From NCBI RefSeq assembly GCF_004010195.1, contig NC_057718.1, forward strand, positions 41,944,444-42,008,443: a stretch of DNA of 64,000 nt, read 5' to 3'. The stretch's first letter is position 1. Each line of letters opens with the position of its first letter. Under the pieces are notes generated by a model that was given only the letters and a program-made list of their open reading frames with translations, was not told where the DNA came from and made no database searches. This document shows positions 12,108 to 24,000 of this stretch, piece by piece. The stretch is from Chiloscyllium plagiosum (taxonomy: Eukaryota). Position numbers and translations under genes: made by a program.

Positions 12108-13552
12108 AGTTACAAAGTCATACATTTTCTGTCAATTAGTTTTGTTGTCTTTATTAATTTTCTGAATGCTGCAATTTTTCAAATTGACAAACCATCAAGA
12201 ATTAATGGAATTCAAAAAGTTAGAAACATTTATGCTACCCAAGTGAATGAAAAGCAGACCTATATCAGTTCTACAACATCTTAACATTGAACTAAAATTC
12301 TAATTGTTACTGTGCTAATTATTCAAAAATCCTACAGGCTAGGAACATGTAAATAGATTTCTCAATCTTGAGATCTGGGAAGGACCAAGTTTGAGTAGGA
12401 GACAGTATAAAGAGCATTGACTTAAAAAAAAATGACATTGGAATGTGAAAATGAAATGGGAGATAATGGAGGAACATGAAAAAATGCTCAGAGCTGCTAT
12501 GACCATATTAGTATTGATAAAACAGAGAAAGACAAGAAAGGTTGCAATGTAGAAAGAAGTTTAAGGCTGGAGGTGAGCGTGGATTTATCACTACTTAATC
12601 AACAAGACTGTTGAATTTGTTGACAAGTTCAAAAGATCGGTCGATAAACCAGTCATTAAGACATGTTGCTTGCCTTTGCATGTCCTCAACAAATCACAAA
12701 AACTGGCCACTCAACTAATCAACAGTTTTGTTGCTGAGATTTGTCAATAGATTTCATGGCATTATGTATGCCCCAAATGTCAAGGAATTCCAGGCTTGCT
12801 AAATATTCTACAGTCGCTGAAACAAATCTTTTGATGACACTAAACTAGTCAAGAAAACATTGGCTCTATGAAAACACTCTATAAAATTGATTCTTCAAAT
12901 TTATTGACGAGATTTGTTCTGGTAACAAAGAAGATAACCTTATTGACTGCATGTAAATATGGCCAATGTGATACAAGAAAATGGGGGCTAAAGGTTAGTA
13001 GATACTTTAGGTTTTACTCACTTACTGAGTTCAAATCATAGCTTAAAATCCATAAAGGTATAAATGGAAAGAAAAAAAATCAATGCAAATTTACTGTATA
13101 TAATATCAGCACATTATTTATATGCAACAGCGGACTTTTTTTTAGGTTAGAAAAATACAGCAGAAAAATAAACCTTACTACAATCTTATTCTTATGTATT
13201 TCTCGAAGAAAAAGTCCAGTCTAATTTATATTTAAAATAGTGTTATTTTTAAGTCAAAATATTTCAACATTTCTGTAACTCTGCATTTTGATCTGAACTT
13301 GTGTTTGGCCATTTTCATGTTGGTTTTGAAGTGCTAAAATGTGACACTTCTGTTCCCACTTTCAACTCCACACCCTATACAATCTTCACTGAAAGCAGTG
13401 AGGAGCTGAAGCTGAGATACAGATTCAGTACAGAGAACAGGCTAACTTAAGGATCTTGTCCTGGAGAACTGCTCTAAGATCGTTTTCATTGCTCTTACAC
13501 AGAAACTAACAGATAAAGTTTTGGTAACATAGAATATTGAAGCAGACATCTT

Positions 13553-13704
13553 TTGAAGCTTTTAATCTTGCACTCATCAAGGAAGAATTTCAAGATTACC
13601 AAATTTCAAAGGGTTTGACCTTACATATTGTGTACTCTCTTACACCCTTTGAAATTTGTCATTCTTAGAGTTCTACCTTGATGGGTGAAGACAAAAAGCT
13701 TCAA
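13553..13704. mobile_element. MITE-like foldback element with ~60-bp inverted arms
   Basis: TTGAAGCTTTTAATCTTGCACTCATCAAGG...AAATTTCAAAGGG pairs with CCCTTTGAAATTTG...CCTTGATGGGTGAAGACAAAAAGCTTCAA; a related single arm lies at ~45612-45670. Confidence 0.75.
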
Positions 13705-15865
13705 CAGTTAAGGAAATTTTAGAAAATGAATTAACTACAGCAAATTTATAAACAATGATTCGAGAAACAAAATTAGATTTCCCTACATAGATATTGGACT
13801 GCCACTTTTTCATTTCCCTTGTTACATTTTATTCTTTTCCACACATTTTCTCAGTTGAGAGGACAAGTCAAAGGTCACCACCCAGCTCTGTGCCAAGTTG
13901 TTCGTTATCAGTTAACTAGAATGTATTAGAAGCGTATAGCTTGGGTTTACCTTCAACCCTGTAGCAAAATGCCTGTCCTCAGTTTGGTACTGTCTATAGT
14001 ACACAGTGATAATGGAATCTCATATGAATAAAAATTGAGGCATGTATTGGGTGGTGCCTCATGTATTCATGATCATGTATTCTCTGGGACTAAATGATTA
14101 AATCAATGAATCCTTCATAGTCAACCTTAACCCTCATTACATGATTTGAAAAGCCAACCAGTAAACATTAAACCAAGATTGACCTTACATCAACCCTCAG
14201 CTAAATAAGTCAGGAGGCTGTGTGGAGCAGGGTATTGGAGTTGAGATTGCTGAGAAAGCAGGGGTAACTGGGGAGAGAGCTGCCCCCTCTGACTTCACAT
14301 CAAAGTTAAATATATTTTGTAGAATTTCCTTTTCAGTATCAGGAGGTTCTATGGTTTTCTTGTAATGAGTGGCTGCAGGATGAACTAATTTTCGAGTGGG
14401 GATCTCAAACAGATGCTCACTTTCATGTAAAAATGCCTAATGCCTCTTTTAGGTTTGAAGCATGACTGCTTTTATTTCCTTTACCAATATGACAGGTTAA
14501 GTATATCTCCAGTTGGGAATATTTATACAGTTCCTGCCCATACAGGGAGCTCAGAGAGACTTTAATGCCTAGAAAGTGGAGGTTGTTTCGTGAAATCTAT
14601 AGGCTATTAAGCTGAATTTTATCAACCACTGAGTAATGTGGCCAATGGCAAGTCACTGGGAAAATATGGCAGTTTGGAAAAGTTGGTTTCTTGATGTTGA
14701 GAAAAACAGCCAGATTTTCCACTTGCTGTTTGAATGGTGAGATGACAATGTTGCTAGTGAACATTGAGAGACCTAATTGCATTAATTTATATCTCATTAG
14801 TACCAAGTCTGACCTAATTCATAAGCAGTTTGCTATTCTTGCACAAGATGGAGAGGAGCTAGGCAGCAAAAAAATTCCCAATATGCAAGGCAGAATGGCG
14901 ACTTGGAAACTCCAACTCAATGCTTTCTCTTCTAGGGCCTCTCTCAGCCAACAGTCCCCAACATCCCAGGAGACATTCCAAGTACAGTGGCCATCTGCAC
15001 AGCCCATTGACTCTTATTGAGGTCAGCATTGGACATGAACCAACCTCACCACCTCATTATGGCACATTTCCAACTTAGCACATAATTCTCCACTTCAATT
15101 TTGCAGTTTTGGAGTACACTGATATTTTATATTGTAATGCTGCTGAGGGCCTGCTTTGCACACAGCGACATGCAACCATCCTCTGCATAAGAACAAGATG
15201 CATCTCAGGTCTCTTTGCTTGCTTTCCTAGACCTTCCTCACTTCGCATCTACTTGGATGCCTATACCACCTGTACATTTTCTTGTCATCCCTTTTTGTGC
15301 TTGGCACCTCATTCAGATCTTCAAGGCTCACAGTAGTTCTATCTTGCCTTGTTGTTTAACACAGGCACAAAACCGGACAGTTTGTCATGATTGTCAGCAA
15401 TGATCAGTCGAGAGGGTGGACATGTTGTTTTATTTCTTAGATACCATGGTTGGTGGGGGGGAGGTTCTGTGGGAGGCAATGCTTCAATAATTCTATGAGT
15501 CTTACAAACTCCTACTGTATTTGCATGGCATGGTCTGTGTTGCATACATCAGATTGAGGTCCGTTATGTTAAAGGTATCAATTAAAGCATTCCATAGTCA
15601 GCCTTGTTAGAGTCCACCATGTTCCATTTTATCAAGGGCAAGGCTAAACTGTCATTTGCGAGTTATGCAAATGCTGACTGCTCACATTACTAAGAACATG
15701 TTCTGCTTCTGATATTCCCACAGGTGAATGAACCCCACACAGATTCATTAGGAGCATGACCAATGGATCAAGCTACAGCATGAGTTATCATTACTGTGGA
15801 CTTCGTGAAAGGAAGACACGGAGAAATTGTGGAAGAACAAATATGTGTCCCTCCTGTTATATGTA

Positions 15866-15961
15866 CAGAGGAACCTCGATTATCTGAACGACAAGGACAG
15901 AGAATATTTTTGATAATCCAATGTTTGGATAATCAAATGCCAGATAATTGAGGCTCCTCTG
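15866..15961. mobile_element. pogo/Tigger-type MITE
   Basis: TA-CAGAGGAACCTCGATTATC...GATAATTGAGGCTCCTCTG-TA: TIRs with TA target duplication. Confidence 0.85.
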
Positions 15962-16063
15962 TACTGTGAAGAGTTATTCATGGCTGGCAACATTTAACCT
16001 GGCGCACAGCTGGGCTTTAAATATGGCACGGTGCTGCAAATCCCAGAAGGTCCCAGCAGCATT

Positions 16064-16189
16064 GGGGCGGCACGGTGGCACAGTGGTTAGCACTGCTGCC
16101 TCACAGCGCCAGAGACCCGGGTTCCGGTGTGGACTTGTTGGGCCGAAGGGCCTGTTTCCACACTGTAATCTAATCTAATCTAATGTAAT
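16064..16189 (+). mobile_element. Internally deleted HE1-type SINE
   Basis: tRNA-like head (A box TGGCACAGTGG, truncated B box GGGTTC) fused directly to the 3' tail CGGTGTGGACTTGTTGGGCCGAAGGGCC...(TAATC)n; possible TSD CATTG. Confidence 0.9.
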
Positions 16190-17170
16190 CATTGAATATT
16201 TCTGCCTAGATATCTCGAGTGTGGTGCAGTAGAGATACGGTATATATAATGAAGAGAGGGATAGAGAACATATGAGTCAACTCCCTGGAACTCATTGAGA
16301 GAAACCCACCATGCAACTGCCCAAAATTGACACTTAGCTGATTTTTGGTAAAATTCAGCCCATTGAGTCTGAACTATAGTGTCATAATCATTCCCATGGG
16401 ACGTTCATTTATACTGAAGATACAAGGTAGAATGACTATATTGAAAATCTAAAGTATGAATTTATGCTTTGCTTTATAGAACACTTTGAAAAATACTGAC
16501 ATTGAAATTGATGTACTCAGCTCTTCACAGCAATTTCACTATTGTATCCATCTTTTAAGTTGTTATACTGTTTTGTGACAGAAACATTCAGGACCATTTT
16601 CAAAGCTATAGGAATGTTCTTAAAGGGTTAAAATAAAATATTAATCATTGACTTCTGACTAAATGCTAGTTTAAAGAGCAAGTTCCGATGCAAGAAAATT
16701 TACTGGGATTATTCAGCCTCTTAAACTGTCTTCGTCTAGAGCTGTATGTTATTATTTAGGGTTTCCTTCACACCAAACCTCTCTTCCTTGCTTTAAGGAG
16801 CATTCACTTCTTTTCTTGGCATCAATCCTTCAGACTCGGAAGACTTAACAAGTCTGGCAGTCTAGGGAACTGAAGAAAGAGGCAAATGTAAAGCTAGTGA
16901 TGTGATATTATTTGTTATTTGTTTATAAAGACATTAGTTGGAATTTTTGCATTTGCAGTTGAAGTATTCTGCTGAGTGAGATTCATGGCACATAATGCAC
17001 TCTGGCTTGGATCTAGTTTTCTTGTGCAATCTTCCACTTGTCATGCACCTAGGCTTTTGAGTGCATTTCCTGGGGAATCGTACAACCAAAGAAGGAGGCG
17101 TGCTTACCTATCATTCTGGATTAGTGGTGCTGGAAGAGCACAGCAGTTCAGGCAGCATCTGAGGAGCAGT

Positions 17171-17210
17171 AAAATCGACGTTTCGGACAAAAGCCCTTCA
17201 TCAGGAATAC
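17171..17210 (-). ncRNA. Minimal hammerhead-ribozyme-like motif in the Penelope 3' end
   Basis: Minus strand CUGAUGA-A-GGGC-UUUU-GUCC-GAAAC-GUC: conserved core boxes, helix II and palindromic ACGU in place of helix III; helix I is weak. Confidence 0.6.
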
Positions 17211-17374
17211 AGGCAGAGAGCCTGAATGATGGAGAGATAAGTGAGAGGAGGGTGGGGGTGGGGAGAAAGTAGCACAGAGTACAATAGGTGAGTGGGGGAG
17301 GGGATGAAGGTGATAGGTCGGGGGGATGAGGGTAGAGTGGATAGGTGGAAAAGAAGATAGGCAGGTAGGACAAG

Positions 17375-17899
17375 TCATGGGAACAGTGCTGAGCTGGAAG
17401 TTTGGAACTGGGGTGAGGTGAGGGAAGGGGAAATGAGGAAACTGTTGAAGTCCACATTGATGCCCTGGGGTTGAAGTGTTCCGAGGCAGAAGATGAGGCG
17501 TTCTTCCTCCAGGCGTCTGCTGTTGAGGGAGTGGCGGTGAAGAAGGCCCAGGACCTCCATTTCCTCGGCAGAGTGGGAGTGGGAATTGAAATGTTGGACC
17601 ACAGGGCGGTGTGGTTGATTGGTGCGGGTGTCCCAGAGATGTTCCCTAAAGCGCTCTGCTAGGAGTCGTCCAGTCTCCCCAATATAGAGGAGACCGCATC
17701 GGGAGCAACGGGTACAATAAATAATATTGGTGGATGTGCAGGTAAAACTTTGATGGATGTGGAAGGCTCCTTTAGGGCCTTGGATGGAGGTAAGGGAGGA
17801 GGTGTGGGCGCAGGTTTTGCAATTCCTGCGGTGGCAGGGGAAGGTGCCAGGATGCGAGGATGGGTTGAAGGGGGGGCGTGGACCTGACCAGGTAGTCAC
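17375..17899 (-). pseudogene. Penelope GIY-YIG endonuclease domain (frameshifted from the RT)
   Basis: ORF contains IY...CxxC..YIGETGR..RFREH...RRLEEERLI..L.TLQPQGIN. Confidence 0.9.
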
Positions 17900-18517
17900 G
17901 GAGGGAACGGTTTTTGCGGATGGCGGAAAGGAGTGGGGAGGGAAATATATCCCTGGTGGTGGGGTCTGTTAGGAAGTGTTCGAAGTGTCGGCGGATGATT
18001 TGGTTTATATGAAGATTGGTAGGGTGAAAGGTGAGCACAAGGGGCGTTCTGTCCTTGTTACAGTTGGAGGGGTGGGGTCTGAAGGCAGAGGTGCGGGATG
18101 TGGACGAGATGAGTTGGAGGGCATCTTTAACCACGTGGGAAGGGAAATTGTGGTCTCTAAAGAAGGACGCCATCTGGTGTGTTCTGTGGTGGAACTGGTC
18201 CTCCTGGGAGCAGATACGGCGGAGGAATTGGGAATACGGAATGGAATTTTTGCAGGAGGTAGGATGGGAAGACATGTAATCCAGGTAGCTGTGTGAGTCA
18301 GTGGGTTTGTAAAAAATGTCGGAATCAAGTCGGTCATCATTAATGGAGACGGAGAGGTCCAGGAAGGGGAGGGAGGTGTCAAAGATGGTCCAGGTAAATT
18401 TAAGGTCAGGGTGGATTGTGTTGGTGAAGTTGGTGAATTGCTCAACCACCTCGCGAGAGCACGAGGTGGCGCCAATGCAGTCATCAATGTAGCGGAGGAA
18501 GAGGTGGGGAGTGATGC
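17772..18517 (-). pseudogene. Penelope reverse transcriptase C-terminal/thumb region
   Basis: YIDD, LKFT, LPFLD and SSHP..K.SIPYSQFLR motifs. Confidence 0.9.
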
Positions 18518-19434
18518 NNNNNNNNNNNNNNNNNNNNNNNNNNNNNNNNNNNNNNNNNNNNNNNNNNNNNNNNNNNNNNNNNNNNNNNNNNNNNNNNNNN
18601 NNNNNNNNNNNNNNNNNNNNNNNNNNNNNNNNNNNNNNNNNNNNNNNNNNNNNNNNNNNNNNNNNNNNNNNNNNNNNNNNNNNNNNNNNNNNNNNNNNNN
18701 NNNNNNNNNNNNNNNNNNNNNNNNNNNNNNNNNNNNNNNNNNNNNNNNNNNNNNNNNNNNNNNNNNNNNNNNNNNNNNNNNNNNNNNNNNNNNNNNNNNN
18801 NNNNNNNNNNNNNNNNNNNNNNNNNNNNNNNNNNNNNNNNNNNNNNNNNNNNNNNNNNNNNNNNNNNNNNNNNNNNNNNNNNNNNNNNNNNNNNNNNNNN
18901 NNNNNNNNNNNNNNNNNNNNNNNNNNNNNNNNNNNNNNNNNNNNNNNNNNNNNNNNNNNNNNNNNNNNNNNNNNNNNNNNNNNNNNNNNNNNNNNNNNNN
19001 NNNNNNNNNNNNNNNNNNNNNNNNNNNNNNNNNNNNNNNNNNNNNNNNNNNNNNNNNNNNNNNNNNNNNNNNNNNNNNNNNNNNNNNNNNNNNNNNNNNN
19101 NNNNNNNNNNNNNNNNNNNNNNNNNNNNNNNNNNNNNNNNNNNNNNNNNNNNNNNNNNNNNNNNNNNNNNNNNNNNNNNNNNNNNNNNNNNNNNNNNNNN
19201 NNNNNNNNNNNNNNNNNNNNNNNNNNNNNNNNNNNNNNNNNNNNNNNNNNNNNNNNNNNNNNNNNNNNNNNNNNNNNNNNNNNNNNNNNNNNNNNNNNNN
19301 NNNNNNNNNNNNNNNNNNNNNNNNNNNNNNNNNNNNNNNNNNNNNNNNNNNNNNNNNNNNNNNNNNNNNNNNNNNNNNNNNNNNNNNNNNNNNNNNNNNN
19401 NNNNNNNNNNNNNNNNNNNNNNNNNNNNNNNNNN
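18518..19434. other. Assembly gap (917 N) inside the Penelope element
   Basis: N run. Confidence 1.
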
Positions 19435-20049
19435 CAGGGTGGTCGGGCTTGTGGATCTTGGGAAGGAGGTTGAGCCGGGCAGTGCGGGGTTCCCGGACTA
19501 TGAGGTTGGAAGCTGTGGGTGGGAGATCTCCTGAGGTGATGAGGTTCTGTATGGTCTGGGAGATGATGGTTTGGTGATGGAGGGTGGGGTCATGGTCGAG
19601 GGGGCAGTAGGAGGAGGTATCCTCGAGTTGGCGTTTGGCTTCAGCGGTGTAGAGGTCAGTGCACTAGACTACCACTGCGCCCCCTTTATCTGCTGGCTTG
19701 ATGGTGAGATTGGGATTGGAGGGCTGCGCATTGTGAGGGTGAGAGGTTGGAGTGGGGGAGGGAGGTAGACAGGTTGAGTGGGTAATGTCCCGGCGGCAGT
19801 TGGAAATGAAGAGGTTGAGGGTAGGTAATAGGCCAGCGCGGGGTGTCCAGGTGGATGCAGTGTGTTGGAGGTGGCGAAGGGGTCCTCGGAAGGTGGGCGG
19901 GAGTCCTGATTGTAAAAGTAAGCTCAGAGGCGGAGGCAATGGAAGACGTGTTCGACGTCACGGCGTGTATTAAAGGCGGCGGAAGAAGTGTGCTTACCAT
20001 CACCAGAGCATTCTGACATTCACACCGCTGGTGCTATATTTACAGGTCA

Positions 20050-20265
20050 GCTGTGCACCATTTCAGACCACATTGCAAGCCAGGAACAGTGACAAGGACC
20101 TGGAGGTATCGGTCAACGGGATCTGGAGACGGGGACTGTCTTTTTTTTCCATCTGACTGCCACAGGAGGCTATGACACCATAAATTGCAGGATAAATTGC
20201 AGCTCAGCTCAGTACTCTGTCCTGAGCAAAGTAGGATGGCAATCAGTACTGGAAGAAGGTAACAC
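20050..20265 (+). mobile_element. Harbinger-type Myb/SANT-like DNA-binding ORF relic
   Basis: Decayed 'SDKDLEVSVNGI...FFPSDCHRR...IAAQLS...NQYWKKV', homologous by eye to 50461-50690. Confidence 0.55.
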
Positions 20266-20769
20266 ACCTCTCACCAAGACTCATGTCCTCTCAATGGTTC
20301 TCACCCGCCTCTTCCTCCGAAACTCCTAATCCTTCCTAACTGCTGTGATTCCTGGGGAAATCTTATCATCTCTTCTGCTCATGCATCACCACAAACTCCA
20401 CATCCCTTCATTTCCATCATACTCAATCTCTCCCACATTTCAAGAAACATTGATCCAACTGGCAAGATGATGTTTCCACAGCACCCTGAGTGACTTGTAG
20501 TCCCCAGATGCTTGCACTTGCCCGAGAGGATTGCCTGCAGTCTGAGCCTCAGACTGCAAGGGTATTCACTCTGTTAGGACCAAATGCCTGACTTACTTTG
20601 GTCAGTGCCCCATAGATGACACCTGTAGTCCCCCTCCAGAACACTGCTCCCTTTTGACTTTCACACCTGGCCATTTTGTTGAAGCATGTGTAGCATGTTT
20701 GAACCATAAATTGCTGGTCTATATTACAGGGTCTGACCTGGCATAGCATCAGTGATACTGAGACATGTG

Positions 20770-20889
20770 CATTCGAGGTCTGGTGGCTCTCAGGTTAAAT
20801 CACCACCAGTCACTTCTCTCTCTAATGAGAGAGCAGCCCCTATGGACTGGTAAGACTATAGCAACACAACAACAACAATAACAACAAGA
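20770..20889 (+). mobile_element. SINE/LINE 3' end with (ACA)n tail
   Basis: CACCACCAGTCA...GAGAGCAGCCCCTATGG...GACTATAGCAAC followed by ACAACAACAAC. Confidence 0.5.
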
Positions 20890-21014
20890 TGTTAAAATAC
20901 CTAACCAAACACCAAGGACCAGGAAAAGGCACAGGAAGAAGAAAAGAAGATGTGAAAAGTAAACTCTTAACAAATGAAGATCAAAATATCCAAACAGTTC
21001 ATGTGCATACACAT

Positions 21015-21090
21015 TCACGATCCCAAAACATCCAAAGATGCTTTACAGTCATGAAATACATTTGAAATAGAGTCACTTTTGTAATGTAAC
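21015..21090 (-). mobile_element. Deu-SINE (SacSINE1-like) 3' tail fragment
   Basis: Reverse complement resembles 63105-63180 (CATT..AGTGAC..CT..AAA.GTA..TCAT...AA..CTTTG.GA). Confidence 0.55.
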
Positions 21091-24000
21091 AGACAGTAAA
21101 GTGAGATTTACCCAAAACAGCTTATTTCCTGATATGGGAACCTCGCTTGCAGGTAAAAAATTTCAGATGAGTAATTTCAATGCACAACTTAGTGACTCAC
21201 TGCATGCTTTTGGACCCTTGGAAATTTATGGTCTAATTTTAACACCCAGTGTGAACAGATGGTAATCCTACATGGTCCCTTGTTGGATGTCCAACAAACC
21301 TGAAATGTAAAGTCTCACTTGAATGCTACAAATTAGGTTCTTGTTCATTTCAAGAGGGAAGTAGTAATTGAAGGAAGTAATTCAGTCCATCTGTGCAAAT
21401 GCCAGTTCTTGGAAGAGTCTTTCAATTAGTTCCATTGCCTAATATCCCTCAATAGCCCTGAGATTTTATCCTTTTCCATTTCTCTTTCGAACATCAATAC
21501 TGAATAGGATGCTGCTATCTTTCTGTACCAGATTCAAACAATTCACTGATTCACAGATTCCTGTCAAGAACTTCGGTTGCTGTCAAAGCCAATGTCATTA
21601 AAATTGGGAATCAGCAAGAACTGAATGGGAACTACAGCTCTGTTTTAACGTTTCCTCTTCTATTAATTGAGGAGTGTTAAAATTCAGCCTTTAAAATCTT
21701 GCAGTCCAGAAAACAAAGTGAACAAATGAAAAAAAATCAAGAGATTTCTGAAAGTCTATTTAAAAAGCTTGCATCTTATGTTCCACTGTATTATTATGGA
21801 GCTGTGTCTATTATTATACTCTTAATATGAGAAGATCCAACTTCAGAATTATTGGAGTCCATACTGGGGCATACATATGGCCATTTTCCAATGCATGTAC
21901 ATATAAATTAATTTAATGCTAATTGTTGAGAAAAATTCTGATGTACTATCAGCTTTTAGTGCAATGATTTAAAGTTCAATTTTGTCGTCATTTCAGACTG
22001 ATTTCTCAATGTTTGAATAGATTTAGGAATTGTGCTGGTCTGTGTGCCTACAACCTTCTCAAATTCTTAAACAACTCATGAAACAAGTTCATATTAAGTA
22101 CATCTGCTCTCTTTCACTGGAAAACTTAAAATGTGCTTGCGAGCTTAAAATTCAGAAATGGAGATAAATAGACTGCAAAAATAATTAACCATCATAATGT
22201 TAAAGGAAGGGTTTGTTATGAAGCACAGCACCCTCATTTTAAACAGCCCAAGCTTCATGGTCAGCTTTAGAAGGTTTAAAAAATTATCAGAATCAATTAC
22301 TCGATAATGTAATTACAAAAGCCTTTAGAAGTCTCTTCGTGGTATTCTTTCTTCACTATATCTATTTTGTATTAAATATCAGAAAGAACTTCTTGAAAAA
22401 AATTAAGTAATCATGATGTGGATCTCTTCCCATCAACATCTCCTCATCAGTAGTTTTACAGGAGTATTTTTATGAATGATGCATCTCTGTGAAGACAAAG
22501 AAAGAGAACAAAGTTGGATTCAGCCCACCAGCTAACAATTGTCTTTGGAACTAATGTAATGAGGAGTGGAAGGTGATTGATGCTAAATAAGATTCATAAA
22601 AATCGAATAAAACATTTTTTAATTGAGTACGGTTGAAGATTATTCTTTAATTGAATAATTGAATAATCATCGCATCCCTACTGTAGTGCATCATAAACAG
22701 CTCACACAATTAAGAAGCCTCCTGCACTTCAAAGAACATTCACTGATGCCTATTATACAGCACTTTAGTTTGAAGCTGTGGCTGATCAAGAAAAATTGCA
22801 ATGCTAATAAAGGCAAAATACAAAGAAATTTGGACAAAATGACTCTCTGCATCACAGATTTTGTTTACTAGTGGGTAATTAATTCCTCACATATGTTGGG
22901 AACATCTGTCGCAGTGACCTGCCATAGTATCTGCAAAATTACTGCTGCGCTGTTCCTCCGCAGGTCATTAGCACCACAGCTGAAATTAGTCTTCTTTTTC
23001 CTATATTATCTGAAGTGTTTTTAACATTGTTTTTGGTTCAGTTTCACAAAGAATCAATGAAATTACTCCTGAAGAGCATCCTCGTCTTGATCTCATCACT
23101 GATCTAATGCAATTGTCCACCTTTTGTAGCAGTGTGTACTGCATAATAAAGTAATACGGATAATCTTATTTATGTACCCTTTGGAGTGACAAGCCAGTTA
23201 TTGTATTAGATTCTTAATGAGATTCCTCACTCGGTCAACATGAATGTTTTGTATCCTTAAAATATGAATTTGTCCATTTACATTCATCATTAATTTTATA
23301 CAAATGTGCCCTTGAATCTAACCCTGTTTCTTGCCCTACATCTTTCTGTACAGCAGCATGAGATTGGTTCAATTCTTCATGTTTAATAGCAAAGGTACTG
23401 AATACAAGGACAAAAGCAACACAAGGCAATTTCTGCACCTCTTCTAAACAAACAGTTAGTTGAAATAATTGAACAAGTTAACAAGTCACATTTGCAAGGT
23501 TTCTCGTCATTTGTTTTCACGCTTATCCTTCAGAACTATAGAATATATAATATCCCAAGCATACAATAAGGTTCCTATATATTAGTTTCTTCATATTCTA
23601 TAGGCTCTTAAGAATCAGGTGTTAACCAACATTTTTTTTTAAAATTGGGATGTAGCATGATTCTCAGAATTAATTAAACAAAGTTTGCCTAATAGTTTAT
23701 ACTTTGCTCTTTCTGCTTTGTTTTAAAAGGTTTTCCTCTAAATATATTTGTCAAGCAAACCAAATGTTTGTAAAAGGCAACACTTGATGTGTCTGAAACA
23801 TCAAGTGCTCCAAAGGGAAGGAAGTTATTGAATTAATCTTATGGATGCACAGATAGCGGCATCTTTCAGCTCCTGAGCACTTCAAAAATAATATTTTGAT
23901 ATCTGCAGTACTAAAGGAAGTTTTTATGCTACTTTCTGACAGAAATTAAAATCTTCATTTTACTGTAGTCTCTCCAGATGTGAAATGTGAGCTATTAAAA

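Larger units (their letters stand above)
14609..16361. mobile_element. Harbinger/PIF-like non-autonomous DNA transposon fossil containing nested insertions
   Basis: Left end AAGCTGAATTTTATCAA and right end TTGGTAAAATTCAGCCC are inverted; both ends are flanked by ATT (14606-14608, 16362-16364), a candidate 3-bp TSD. Confidence 0.55.
17109..19989 (-). mobile_element. Penelope-like retroelement (probably Neptune-type), 5'-truncated, frameshifted, interrupted by a gap
   Basis: RT motifs FLRYIDD (~18481-18500), LPFLD and YKPTDSHSYLDY; Cys-rich linker 'CHRRNCKTC'; GIY-YIG 'IIYCTRCSRCGLLYIGETGR..ERFREH'; 9-bp TSD GTGCTTACC at 17100-17108 and 19990-19998. Confidence 0.93.

Noticed and set aside
11535..12165. 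Long ORFs spanning N runs (also 18411-19577, 18511-19473, 40570-41169, 40589-41128)
   Set aside because: Artefacts of translating gaps.
23038..23105. Minus-strand C/D-box pair ~64 nt apart
   Set aside because: No closing stem; short motifs are expected by chance.
23781..23807. 10-bp perfect hairpin CACTTGATGT/ACATCAAGTG
   Set aside because: Isolated; not a terminator in a eukaryotic context and no other support.
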